Source of the DNA: the human T2T-CHM13v2.0 reference genome, Homo sapiens
Assembly (NCBI RefSeq): GCF_009914755.1
Contig: NC_060930.1
DNA: 64,000 nucleotides
Strand: one strand, 5' to 3'
Shown: positions 1 through 11,600 of the stretch, piece by piece
Layout of the letters: each line of letters starts with the position of its first letter
Numbering within the stretch: the stretch's first letter is position 1
Position numbers and translations under genes: made by a program
The notes under the pieces: model-generated
The model's input: the letters and a program-made list of their open reading frames with translations, nothing else
What the model was told of the DNA's origin: nothing
The model's database searches: none

Positions 1-173
1 GCCCACAGTAGAAAAGGAAATAACTTCACCTAAAACCTAGACAGAAGCAATCTCAGAAACTACTTTGTGATGTGTACATTCAACTCACAGAGTGGAACTT
101 TCCTCTTTATAGAGCAGTGTTGAAACACTCTTTTTGTAGAAACTGCAAGTGGATATTTGGACCTCTTTGAGGC

Positions 174-190
174 CTTCGTTGGAAACGGGA
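174..190 (+). promoter_or_regulatory. CENP-B box (representative; recurs at this offset in every HOR)
   Basis: CTTCGTTGGAAACGGGA matches the 17-bp YTTCGTTGGAARCGGGA consensus. By eye there are 7 intact boxes per 18-mer and 5 per 15-mer, about 138 in the window. Confidence 0.97.
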
Positions 191-513
191 TTTCTTCCTA
201 TAACCCTAGACAGAAGAATTTTCAGAAACCTCATTGTGATGTGTGCGTTCATCTCACAGAGTGGAGTCTTCCGTTTGATAGAGAAGTTTTGAAACCCTGT
301 TCTTGTAGGATTTCCAAGTGGATATTTAGACCACTTTGAAGCCTATGATAGAAAAGGAAACATCTTCATGGAAAACATAGATAGAATCATCCTCAGAAAC
401 AACTTTGTGATGTGTGCGTTGAACTCACCGTCTTTAACCTTTCTTTTGGTAGAGAAGTTTTGAAACACTCTCTTTGTAAAGTCTACAAGTGGATATTTTG
501 AGCCCTTGGAGGC

Positions 514-530
514 ATTCTTTGGAAAAGGGA
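514..530 (+). other. Degenerate CENP-B box (both CpGs lost)
   Basis: ATTCTTTGGAAAAGGGA; the TTCG and CGGG core elements are both broken. Recurs in every HOR. Confidence 0.85.
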
Positions 531-855
531 ATGTCTTCACATAAAAGGCAGACGGAAGTGTTCTCAGAAACTGCTTTGTGATGTCTGTGTTCAACTCACA
601 GAGTTTAACATTTCCTTTGATAGAGCGGTTTAGTAACCCTCTCTTTGTAGAATTTGGAAGTGTATACTAAGAGCGCTTTGAGGCCTATGGTAGAAAAGGA
701 AATATCTTTCCATAAAAGCTAGACAGAAGCAATCTCAGAAACTCCTCTGTGATGTCTGCATTCAACTCACCGAGTGGAACATTCCTCTTGAGAGAGCAGT
801 TTGGAAACACTCTTTCTGTAGAATCAGCTTGTTTGTATTTGGACCTCCTTGAGGC

Positions 856-872
856 CTTCGTTGGAAACGGGT
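856..872 (+). promoter_or_regulatory. CENP-B box, variant last base
   Basis: CTTCGTTGGAAACGGGT; the core NTTCGNNNNANNCGGGN is retained. Confidence 0.9.
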
Positions 873-1195
873 TTTCATCTTATAAACCCAGACAGAAGAA
901 TTCTCAGAGTCTTCTTTGTGATGTGTGCTTTCAACTCACCGAGATAAAGATTTCTCTTGATAGAGCAATTTGGAAACACTCTTTTTGTAGAATTTGCAAG
1001 GGTACATTGAGAGCGCTTTCAGGCCTATGGTAGAAAAGGGAATATCTTTCCATAAAAGGTAGACAGAAGCAATCTCAGAAACTACTTTGTGATGTGTGCA
1101 TTCAACTCACCGAGTGCAACGTTCCTCTTGACCGAGCAGTTTGGAAACATTGTTTCTGTAGAATCTGCAAGTGGATATTTGGACCTCTTTGAGGC

Positions 1196-1212
1196 CTTCG
1201 TTGGAAACGGGA
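1196..1212 (+). promoter_or_regulatory. CENP-B box
   Basis: CTTCGTTGGAAACGGGA. Confidence 0.97.
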
Positions 1213-1284
1213 TTTCTTCCTATAAACCCAGACAGAAGAATTCTCAGAGACTTCTTTGTGATGTGTGAATTCAACTCACAGTGT

Positions 1285-1290
1285 GGATCC
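1285..1290. other. BamHI site, once per HOR
   Basis: GGATCC in GTGTGGATCCTTCC. Predicts ~3.06-kb and ~2.55-kb BamHI fragments, consistent with the ~3-kb BamHI repeat associated with D6Z1. Confidence 0.85.
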
Positions 1291-1535
1291 TTCCTTTTGA
1301 TAGAGCAGTTTTGAAACCCTGTTTTTGTAGTATTTCCAAGCGGATATTTGGAACGCCTTGAAGCGTATGGTAGAAAAGGAAATATCTTCCCATAAAACCT
1401 AGACAGAACCAATCTCAGAAACGACTTTGTGATGTCTGCATTCAAGTCACAGAGTTGAACATTTCTCTTGATAGAGCAGTTTTGAAACCCTCTTTCTGAA
1501 GGATCTGCAAGTGGATATTTGGAACTCCTTTGGGT

Positions 1536-1552
1536 CTTCGTTGGAAACGGGA
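1536..1552 (+). promoter_or_regulatory. CENP-B box immediately 5' of the 15-mer deletion junction
   Basis: CTTCGTTGGAAACGGGA. Confidence 0.97.
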
Positions 1553-1874
1553 TTTCTTCGTATAAATCTAGACAGAAGAATTCTCCGAAACTTCTTTGGT
1601 TGTGTGCATTCAAGTCACAGAGTGGAACCTTCCTTTGGATACAGCAGTTTTGAAACACTGTTTTTGTAGTATTTCCAAGCGGATATTTAGAGCGCCTTGA
1701 AGCCTATGCTAGAAATGGAAATATCTCCCCATAAAACCAAGACGGAAGCAATCTCAGAAACTAATGTGTGATGGCTGCATTCCACACACACGGTGGACCA
1801 TTTCTCTTGATAGAGCAGTTTTGAAACACTCTTTCTGTAGAATCTGCAAGTGGATAATTGGACCTCCTAGAGGC

Positions 1875-1891
1875 CTTCGTTGGAAACGGGA
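1875..1891 (+). promoter_or_regulatory. CENP-B box
   Basis: CTTCGTTGGAAACGGGA (the same box is at 4932-4948 in 18-mer U2). Confidence 0.97.
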
Positions 1892-2213
1892 TTTCTTCAT
1901 CTAAACCTACAGAGAAGTATTCTCAGTAACTTCTTCGGATGTGTGCATTCGACGCACAGAATGGAACATTCCCTTTGATAGAGCAGTTTTGAGACACCGT
2001 TTTTGTAGAATTCCCAAGTGGATATTTAGAGCACTTTGAAGTCTCTGCTAGAAAAGGAAACATCTTCATGTAAAAAGTAGATAGAATCGTTCTCAGAAAG
2101 TGCTTAGTGTCGTGTGCGTTCAACTCACAGAGTTTAACGTTTCTTTTGATAGAGCGTTTCTGAAACACCCTTCTTGTAGTAGCTGCAAGTGGATATTTGG
2201 ACCTATTGGAGGC

Positions 2214-2230
2214 CTTCTTTGGAAATGGGA
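2214..2230 (+). other. Degenerate CENP-B box (both CpGs lost)
   Basis: CTTCTTTGGAAATGGGA; recurs in every complete HOR. Confidence 0.85.
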
Positions 2231-4422
2231 TTTCTTCATGTAACTCTAGATTGAAGAATTCTCAGAAACTCCTTTGTGATGTGTGCATTCAATTCAAAGA
2301 GTGAAACCTCTCTTTTCACAGAGCAGTTTTGAAACACTGTTTTTGTAGGATTTCCAAGGGGATATTTATAGCGCATTGAGCCTACGGCGGAAAAAGAAAC
2401 ATCTTCCTATAAAAACTAGACAGAATACTTCTCAGAATCTGCTTTGCGATGTGTGCGTTCAACTCACAGAGTAAAACTTTTCTTTTGATAGAGCAGTTTT
2501 GAAACACTCTTTTTGTAGTATTTGCATGTGTATATTTAGAGCGCATTGAAGCCCACAGTAGAAAAGGAAATAACTTCACCTAAAACCTAGACAGAAGCAA
2601 TCTCAGAAACTACTTTGTGATGTGTACATTCAACTCACAGAGTGGAACTTTCCTCTTTATAGAGCAGTGTTGAAACACTCTTTTTGTAGAAACTGCAAGT
2701 GGATATTTGGACCTCTTTGAGGCCTTCGTTGGAAACGGGATTTCTTCCTATAACCCTAGACAGAAGAATTTTCAGAAACCTCATTGTGATGTGTGCGTTC
2801 ATCTCACAGAGTGGAGTCTTCCGTTTGATAGAGAAGTTTTGAAACCCTGTTCTTGTAGGATTTCCAAGTGGATATTTAGACCACTTTGAAGCCTATGATA
2901 GAAAAGGAAACATCTTCATGGAAAACATACATAGAATCATCCTCAGAAACAACTTTGTGATGTGTGCGTTGAACTCACCGTCTTTAACCTTTCTTTTGGT
3001 AGAGAAGTTTTGAAACACTCTCTTTGTAAAGTCTACAAGTGGATATTTTGAGCCCTTGGAGGCATTCTTTGGAAAAGGGAATGTCTTCACATAAAAGGCA
3101 GACGGAAGTGTTCTCAGAAACTGCTTTGTGATGTCTGTGTTCAACTCACAGAGTTTAACATTTCCTTTGATAGAGCGGTTTAGTAACCCTCTCTTTGTAG
3201 AATTTGGAAGTGTATACTAAGAGCGCTTTGAGGCCTATGGTAGAAAAGGAAATATCTTTCCATAAAAGCTAGACAGAAGCAATCTCAGAAACTCCTCTGT
3301 GATGTCTGCATTCAACTCACCGAGTGGAACATTCCTCTTGATAGAGCAGTTTGGAAACACTCTTTCTGTAGAATCAGCTTGTTTGTATTTGGACCTCCTT
3401 GAGGCCTTCGTTGGAAACGGGTTTTCATCTTATAAACCCAGACAGAAGAATTCTCAGAGTCTTCTTTGTGATGTGTGCTTTCAACTCACCGATATAAAGA
3501 TTTCTCTTGATAGAGCAATTTGGAAACACTCTTTTTGTAGAATTTGCAAGGGTACATTGAGAGCGCTTTCAGGCCTATGGTAGAAAAGGGAATATCTTTC
3601 CATAAAAGGTAGACAGAAGCAATCTCAGAAACTACTTTGTGATGTGTGCATTCAACTCACCGAGTGCAACGTTCCTCTTGACCGAGCAGTTTGGAAACAT
3701 TGTTTCTGTAGAATCTGCAAGTGGATATTTGGACCTCTTTGAGGCCTTCGTTGGAAACGGGATTTCTTCCTATAAACCCAGACAGAAGAATTCTCAGAGA
3801 CTTCTTTGTGATGTGTGAATTCAACTCACAGTGTGGATCCTTCCTTTTGATAGAGCAGTTTTGAAACCCTGTTTTTGTAGTATTTCCAAGCGGATATTTG
3901 GAACGCCTTGAAGCGTATGGTAGAAAAGGAAATATCTTCCCATAAAACCTAGACAGAACCAATCTCAGAAACGACTTTGTGATGTCTGCATTCAAGTCAC
4001 AGAGTTGAACATTTCTCTTGATAGAGCAGTTTTGAAACCCTCTTTCTGAAGGATCTGCAAGTGGATATTTGGAACTCCTTTGGGTCTTCGTTGGAAACGG
4101 GATTTCTTCGTATAAATCTAGACAGAAGAATTCTCCGAAACTTCTTTGGTTGTGTGCATTCAAGTCACAGAGTGGAACCTTCCTTTGGATAGAGCAGTTT
4201 GAAACGCCGTGGTTGTAGTATTTCCAAGCGGATATTAGAGCGCCTTGAGGCCTATGGTAGAAAAGGAAATATCTTCCCATAAAACCTAGACGGAAGCAAT
4301 CTCAGAAACTACTGTGTGATGGCTGCATTCCACACACACGGTGGAACATTTCTCTTGATAGAGCAGTTTTGAAACACTCTTTCTGTAGAATCTGCAAGTG
4401 GATAATTGGACCGCCTTGAGGC

Positions 4423-4439
4423 CTTCGTTGGAAACGGGA
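4423..4439 (+). promoter_or_regulatory. CENP-B box, 18-mer-specific
   Basis: CTTCGTTGGAAACGGGA within the 3 monomers absent from 15-mers. Confidence 0.97.
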
Positions 4440-4591
4440 TTTCTTCATGTTACTCTAGATAGAAGAATTCTCAAACACTGCTATGTGATGTTTGCATTCA
4501 AGTCACAGAGTGCAACATTCCTCTTGGTAGAGCAGTTGGGAAACACTCCTTTTGTAGAATCTGCAATGGGATATTTGGACTTCTTTGAGGC

Positions 4592-4608
4592 CTTCGTTGG
4601 AAACGGGA
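4592..4608 (+). promoter_or_regulatory. CENP-B box, 18-mer-specific, in the adjacent monomer (B-B pair)
   Basis: CTTCGTTGGAAACGGGA, 169 bp after the previous box. Confidence 0.97.
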
Positions 4609-5605
4609 TTTCTTCGTATGAATCTAGACAGAAGAATTCTCAGAAACTTCCTTGTGATGTGTACATTCAACTCAGCGAGTGGCACCTTCCTTTGGATACA
4701 GCAGTTTTGAAACACTGTTTTTGTAGTATTTCCAAGCGGATATTTAGAGCGCCTTGAAGCCTATGCTAGAAATGGAAATATCTCCCCATAAAACCAAGAC
4801 GGAAGCAATCTCAGAAACTAATGTGTGATGGCTGCATTCCACACACACGGTGGACCATTTCTCTTGATAGAGCAGTTTTGAAACACTCTTTCTGTAGAAT
4901 CTGCAAGTGGATAATTGGACCTCCTAGAGGCCTTCGTTGGAAACGGGATTTCTTCATCTAAACCTACAGAGAAGAATTCTCAGTAACTTCTTCGGATGTG
5001 TGCATTCGACTCACAGAATGGAACATTCCCTTTGATAGAGCAGTTTTGAGACACCGTTTTTGTAGAATTCCCAAGTGGATATTTAGAGCACTTTGAAGTC
5101 TCTGCTAGAAAAGGAAACATCTTCATGTAAAAAGTAGATAGAATCGTTCTCAGAAAGTGCTTAGTGACGTGTGCGTTCAACTCACAGAGTTTAACGTTTC
5201 TTTTGATAGAGCGTTTCTGAAACACCCTTCTTGTAGTAGCTGCAAGTGGATATTTGGACCTATTGGAGGCCTTCTTTGGAAATGGGATTTCTTCATGTAA
5301 CTCTAGATTGAAGAGTTCTCAGAAACTCCTTTGTGATGTGTGCATTCAATTCAAAGAGTGAAACCTCCCTTTTCACAGAGCAGTTTTGAAACACTGTTTT
5401 TGTAGGATTTCCAAGGGGATATTTATAGCGCATTGAGCCTACGGCGGAAAAAGAAACATCTTCCTATAAAAACTAGACAGAATACTTCTCAGAATCTGCT
5501 TTGCGATGTGTGCGTTCAACTCACAGAGTAAAACTTCTTTTGATAGAGCAGTTTTGAAACACTCTTTTTGTAGTATTTGCATGTGTATATTTAGAGCGCA
5601 TTGAA

Positions 5606-8600
5606 GCCCACAGTAGAAAAGGAAATAACTTCACCTAAAACCTAGACAGAAGCAATCACAGAAACTACTTTGTGATGTGTACATTCAACTCACAGAGTGG
5701 AACTTTCCTCTTTATAGAGCAGTGTTGAAACACTCTTTTTGTAGAAACTGCAAGTGGATATTTGGACCTCTTTGAGGCCTTCGTTGGAAACGGGATTTCT
5801 TCCTATAACCCTAGACAGAAGAATTTTCAGAAACCTCATTGTGATGTGTGCGTTCATCTCACAGAGTGGAGTCTTCCGTTTGATAGAGAAGTTTTGAAAC
5901 CCTGTTCTTGTAGGATTTCCAAGTGGATATTTAGACCACTTTGAAGCCTATGATAGAAAAGGAAACATCTTCATGGAAAACATAGATAGAATCATCCTCA
6001 GAAACAACTTTGTGATGTGTGCGTTGAACTCACCGTCTTTAACCTTTCTTTTGGTAGAGAAGTTTTGAAACACTCTCTTTGTAAAGTCTACAAGTGGATA
6101 TTTTGAGCCCTTGGAGGCATTCTTTGGAAAAGGGAATGTCTTCACATAAAAGGCAGACGGAAGTGTTCTCAGAAACTGCTTTGTGATGTCTGTGTTCAAC
6201 TCACAGAGTTTAACATTTCCTTTGATAGAGCGGTTTAGTAACCCTCTCTTTGTAGAATTTGGAAGTGTATACTAAGAGCGCTTTGAGGCCTATGGTAGAA
6301 AAGGAAATATCTTTCCATAAAAGCTAGACAGAAGCAATCTCAGAAACTCCTCTGTGATGTCTGCATTCAACTCACCGAGTGGAACATTCCTCTTGAGAGA
6401 GCAGTTTGGAAACACTCTTTCTGTAGAATCAGCTTGTTTGTATTTGGACCTCCTTGAGGCCTTCGTTGGAAACGGGTTTTCATCTTATAAACCCAGACAG
6501 AAGAATTCTCAGAGTCTTCTTTGTGATGTGTGCTTTCAACTCACCGATATAAAGATTTCTCTTGATAGAGCAATTTGGAAACACTCTTTTTGTAGAATTT
6601 GCAAGGGTACATTGAGAGCGCTTTCAGGCCTATGGTAGAAAAGGGAATATCTTTCCATAAAAGGTAGACAGAAGCAATCTCAGAAACTACTTTGTGATGT
6701 GTGCATTCAACTCACCGAGTGCAACGTTCCTCTTGACCGAGCAGTTTGGAAACATTGTTTCTGTAGAATCTGCAAGTGGATATTTGGACCTCTTTGAGGC
6801 CTTCGTTGGAAACGGGATTTCTTCCTATAAACCCAGACAGAAGAATTCTCAGAGACTTCTTTGTGATGTGTGAATTCAACTCACAGTGTGGATCCTTCCT
6901 TTTGATAGAGCAGTTTTGAAACCCTGTTTTTGTAGTATTTCCAAGCGGATATTTGGAACGCCTTGAAGCGTATGGTAGAAAAGGAAATATCTTCCCATAA
7001 AACCTAGACAGAACCAATCTCAGAAACGACTTTGTGATGTCTGCATTCAAGTCACAGAGTTGAACATTTCTCTTGATAGAGCAGTTTTGAAACCCTCTTT
7101 CTGAAGGATCTGCAAGTGGATATTTGGAACTCCTTTGGGTCTTCGTTGGAAACGGGATTTCTTCGTATAAATCTAGACAGAAGAATTCTCCGAAACTTCT
7201 TTGGTTGTGTGCATTCAAGTCACAGAGTGGAACCTTCCTTTGGATAGAGCAGTTTGAAACGCCGTGGTTGTAGTATTTCCAAGCGGATATTAGAGCGCCT
7301 TGAGGCCTATGGTAGAAAAGGAAATATCTTCCCATAAAACCTAGACGGAAGCAATCTCAGAAACTACTGTGTGATGGCTGCATTCCACACACACGGTGGA
7401 ACATTTCTCTTGATAGAGCAGTTTTGAAACACTCTTTCTGTAGAATCTGCAAGTGGATAATTGGACCGCCTTGAGGCCTTCGTTGGAAACGGGATTTCTT
7501 CATGTTACTCTAGATAGAAGAATTCTCAAACACTGCTATGTGATGTTTGCATTCAAGTCACAGAGTGCAACATTCCTCTTGGTAGAGCAGTTGGGAAACA
7601 CTCCTTTTGTAGAATCTGCAATGGGATATTTGGACTTCTTTGAGGCCTTCGTTGGAAACGGGATTTCTTCGTATGAATCTAGACAGAAGAATTCTCAGAA
7701 ACTTCCTTGTGATGTGTGCATTCAACTCAGCGAGTGGCACCTTCCTTTGGATACAGCAGTTTTGAAACACTGTTTTTGTAGTATTTCCAAGCGGATATTT
7801 AGAGCGCCTTGAAGCCTATGCTAGAAATGGAAATATCTCCCCATAAAACCAAGACGGAAGCAATCTCAGAAACTAATGTGTGATGGCTGCATTCCACACA
7901 CACGGTGGACCATTTCTCTTGATAGAGCAGTTTTGAAACACTCTTTCTGTAGAATCTGCAAGTGGATAATTGGACCTCCTAGAGGCCTTCGTTGGAAACG
8001 GGATTTCTTCATCTAAACCTACAGAGAAGAATTCTCAGTAACTTCTTCGGATGTGTGCATTCGACTCACAGAATGGAACATTCCCTTTGATAGAGCAGTT
8101 TTGAGACACCGTTTTTGTAGAATTCCCAAGTGGATATTTAGAGCACTTTGAAGTCTCTGCTAGAAAAGGAAACATCTTCATGTAAAAAGTAGATAGAATC
8201 GTTCTCAGAAAGTGCTTAGTGACGTGTGCGTTCAACTCACAGAGTTTAACGTTTCTTTTGATAGAGCGTTTCTGAAACACCCTTCTTGTAGTAGCTGCAA
8301 GTGGATATTTGGACCTATTGGAGGCCTTCTTTGGAAATGGGATTTCTTCATGTAACTCTAGATTGAAGAGTTCTCAGAAACTCCTTTGTGATGTGTGCAT
8401 TCAATTCAAAGAGTGAAACCTCCCTTTTCACAGAGCAGTTTTGAAACACTGTTTTTGTAGGATTTCCAAGGGGATATTTATAGCGCATTGAGCCTACGGC
8501 GGAAAAAGAAACATCTTCCTATAAAAACTAGACAGAATACTTCTCAGAATCTGCTTTGCGATGTGTGCGTTCAACTCACAGAGTAAAACTTCTTTTGATA

Positions 8601-8660
8601 GAGCAGTTTTGAAACACTCTTTTTGTAGTATTTGCATGTGTATATTTAGAGCGCATTGAA
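5606..8660 (+). repeat. HOR U3: 18-mer, 3,055 bp (TT deletion at ~8590)
   Basis: Spacing 5762->8817. Confidence 0.93.
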
Positions 8661-11600
8661 GCCCACAGTAGAAAAGGAAATAACTTCACCTAAAACCTAG
8701 ACAGAAGCAATCACAGAAACTACTTTGTGATGTGTACATTCAACTCACAGAGTGGAACTTTCCTCTTTATAGAGCAGTGTTGAAACACTCTTTTTGTAGA
8801 AACTGCAAGTGGATATTTGGACCTCTTTGAGGCCTTCGTTGGAAACGGGATTTCTTCCTATAACCCTAGACAGAAGAATTTTCAGAAACCTCATTGTGAT
8901 GTGTGCGTTCATCTCACAGAGTGGAGTCTTCCGTTTGATAGAGAAGTTTTGAAACCCTGTTCTTGTAGGATTTCCAAGTGGATATTTAGACCACTTTGAA
9001 GCCTATGATAGAAAAGGAAACATCTTCATGGAAAACATAGATAGAATCATCCTCAGAAACAACTTTGTGATGTGTGCGTTGAACTCACCGTCTTTAACCT
9101 TTCTTTTGGTAGAGAAGTTTTGAAACACTCTCTTTGTAAAGTCTACAAGTGGATATTTTGAGCCCTTGGAGGCATTCTTTGGAAAAGGGAATGTCTTCAC
9201 ATAAAAGGCAGACGGAAGTGTTCTCAGAAACTGCTTTGTGATGTCTGTGTTCAACTCACAGAGTTTAACATTTCCTTTGATAGAGCGGTTTAGTAACCCT
9301 CTCTTTGTAGAATTTGGAAGTGTATACTAAGAGCGCTTTGAGGCCTATGGTAGAAAAGGAAATATCTTTCCATAAAAGCTAGACAGAAGCAATCTCAGAA
9401 ACTCCTCTGTGATGTCTGCATTCAACTCACCGAGTGGAACATTCCTCTTGAGAGAGCAGTTTGGAAACACTCTTTCTGTAGAATCAGCTTGTTTGTATTT
9501 GGACCTCCTTGAGGCCTTCGTTGGAAACGGGTTTTCATCTTATAAACCCAGACAGAAGAATTCTCAGAGTCTTCTTTGTGATGTGTGCTTTCAACTCACC
9601 GATATAAAGATTTCTCTTGATAGAGCAATTTGGAAACACTCTTTTTGTAGAATTTGCAAGGGTACATTGAGAGCGCTTTCAGGCCTATGGTAGAAAAGGG
9701 AATATCTTTCCATAAAAGGTAGACAGAAGCAATCTCAGAAACTACTTTGTGATGTGTGCATTCAACTCACCGAGTGCAACGTTCCTCTTGACCGAGCAGT
9801 TTGGAAACATTGTTTCTGTAGAATCTGCAAGTGGATATTTGGACCTCTTTGAGGCCTTCGTTGGAAACGGGATTTCTTCCTATAAACCCAGACAGAAGAA
9901 TTCTCAGAGACTTCTTTGTGATGTGTGAATTCAACTCACAGTGTGGATCCTTCCTTTTGATAGAGCAGTTTTGAAACCCTGTTTTTGTAGTATTTCCAAG
10001 CGGATATTTGGAACGCCTTGAAGCGTATGGTAGAAAAGGAAATATCTTCCCATAAAACCTAGACAGAACCAATCTCAGAAACGACTTTGTGATGTCTGCA
10101 TTCAAGTCACAGAGTTGAACATTTCTCTTGATAGAGCAGTTTTGAAACCCTCTTTCTGAAGGATCTGCAAGTGGATATTTGGAACTCCTTTGGGTCTTCG
10201 TTGGAAACGGGATTTCTTCGTATAAATCTAGACAGAAGAATTCTCCGAAACTTCTTTGGTTGTGTGCATTCAAGTCACAGAGTGGAACCTTCCTTTGGAT
10301 AGAGCAGTTTGAAACGCCGTGGTTGTAGTATTTCCAAGCGGATATTAGAGCGCCTTGAGGCCTATGGTAGAAAAGGAAATATCTTCCCATAAAACCTAGA
10401 CGGAAGCAATCTCAGAAACTACTGTGTGATGGCTGCATTCCACACACACGGTGGAACATTTCTCTTGATAGAGCAGTTTTGAAACACTCTTTCTGTAGAA
10501 TCTGCAAGTGGATAATTGGACCGCCTTGAGGCCTTCGTTGGAAACGGGATTTCTTCATGTTACTCTAGATAGAAGAATTCTCAAACACTGCTATGTGATG
10601 TTTGCATTCAAGTCACAGAGTGCAACATTCCTCTTGGTAGAGCAGTTGGGAAACACTCCTTTTGTAGAATCTGCAATGGGATATTTGGACTTCTTTGAGG
10701 CCTTCGTTGGAAACGGGATTTCTTCGTATGAATCTAGACAGAAGAATTCTCAGAAACTTCCTTGTGATGTGTGCATTCAACTCAGCGAGTGGCACCTTCC
10801 TTTGGATACAGCAGTTTTGAAACACTGTTTTTGTAGTATTTCCAAGCGGATATTTAGAGCGCCTTGAAGCCTATGCTAGAAATGGAAATATCTCCCCATA
10901 AAACCAAGACGGAAGCAATCTCAGAAACTAATGTGTGATGGCTGCATTCCACACACACGGTGGACCATTTCTCTTGATAGAGCAGTTTTGAAACACTCTT
11001 TCTGTAGAATCTGCAAGTGGATAATTGGACCTCCTAGAGGCCTTCGTTGGAAACGGGATTTCTTCATCTAAACCTACAGAGAAGAATTCTCAGTAACTTC
11101 TTCGGATGTGTGCATTCGACTCACAGAATGGAACATTCCCTTTGATAGAGCAGTTTTGAGACACCGTTTTTGTAGAATTCCCAAGTGGATATTTAGAGCA
11201 CTTTGAAGTCTCTGCTAGAAAAGGAAACATCTTCATGTAAAAAGTAGATAGAATCGTTCTCAGAAAGTGCTTAGTGACGTGTGCGTTCAACTCACAGAGT
11301 TTAACGTTTCTTTTGATAGAGCGTTTCTGAAACACCCTTCTTGTAGTAGCTGCAAGTGGATATTTGGACCTATTGGAGGCCTTCTTTGGAAATGGGATTT
11401 CTTCATGTAACTCTAGATTGAAGAGTTCTCAGAAACTCCTTTGTGATGTGTGCATTCAATTCAAAGAGTGAAACCTCCCTTTTCACAGAGCAGTTTTGAA
11501 ACACTGTTTTTGTAGGATTTCCAAGGGGATATTTATAGCGCATTGAGCCTACGGCGGAAAAAGAAACATCTTCCTATAAAAACTAGACAGAATACTTCTC

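Larger units (their letters stand above)
1..2550 (+). repeat. HOR U1: 15-mer, 2,550 bp, atypical junction
   Basis: Marker ORF spacing 157->2707. Lacks 3 monomers; switch point lies within 1627-1641. Confidence 0.93.
2551..5605 (+). repeat. HOR U2: 18-mer, 3,055 bp (TT deletion at ~5535)
   Basis: Spacing 2707->5762; AAAACTTCTTTTG instead of AAAACTTTTCTTTTG. Confidence 0.93.

Noticed and set aside
4328-4346. TTCCAC-ACACACG-GTGGAA short hairpin and (CA)n tract
   Set aside because: Only a 5-6 bp stem and a few CA repeats; expected by chance and with no evidence of function. Useful only as a monomer marker.
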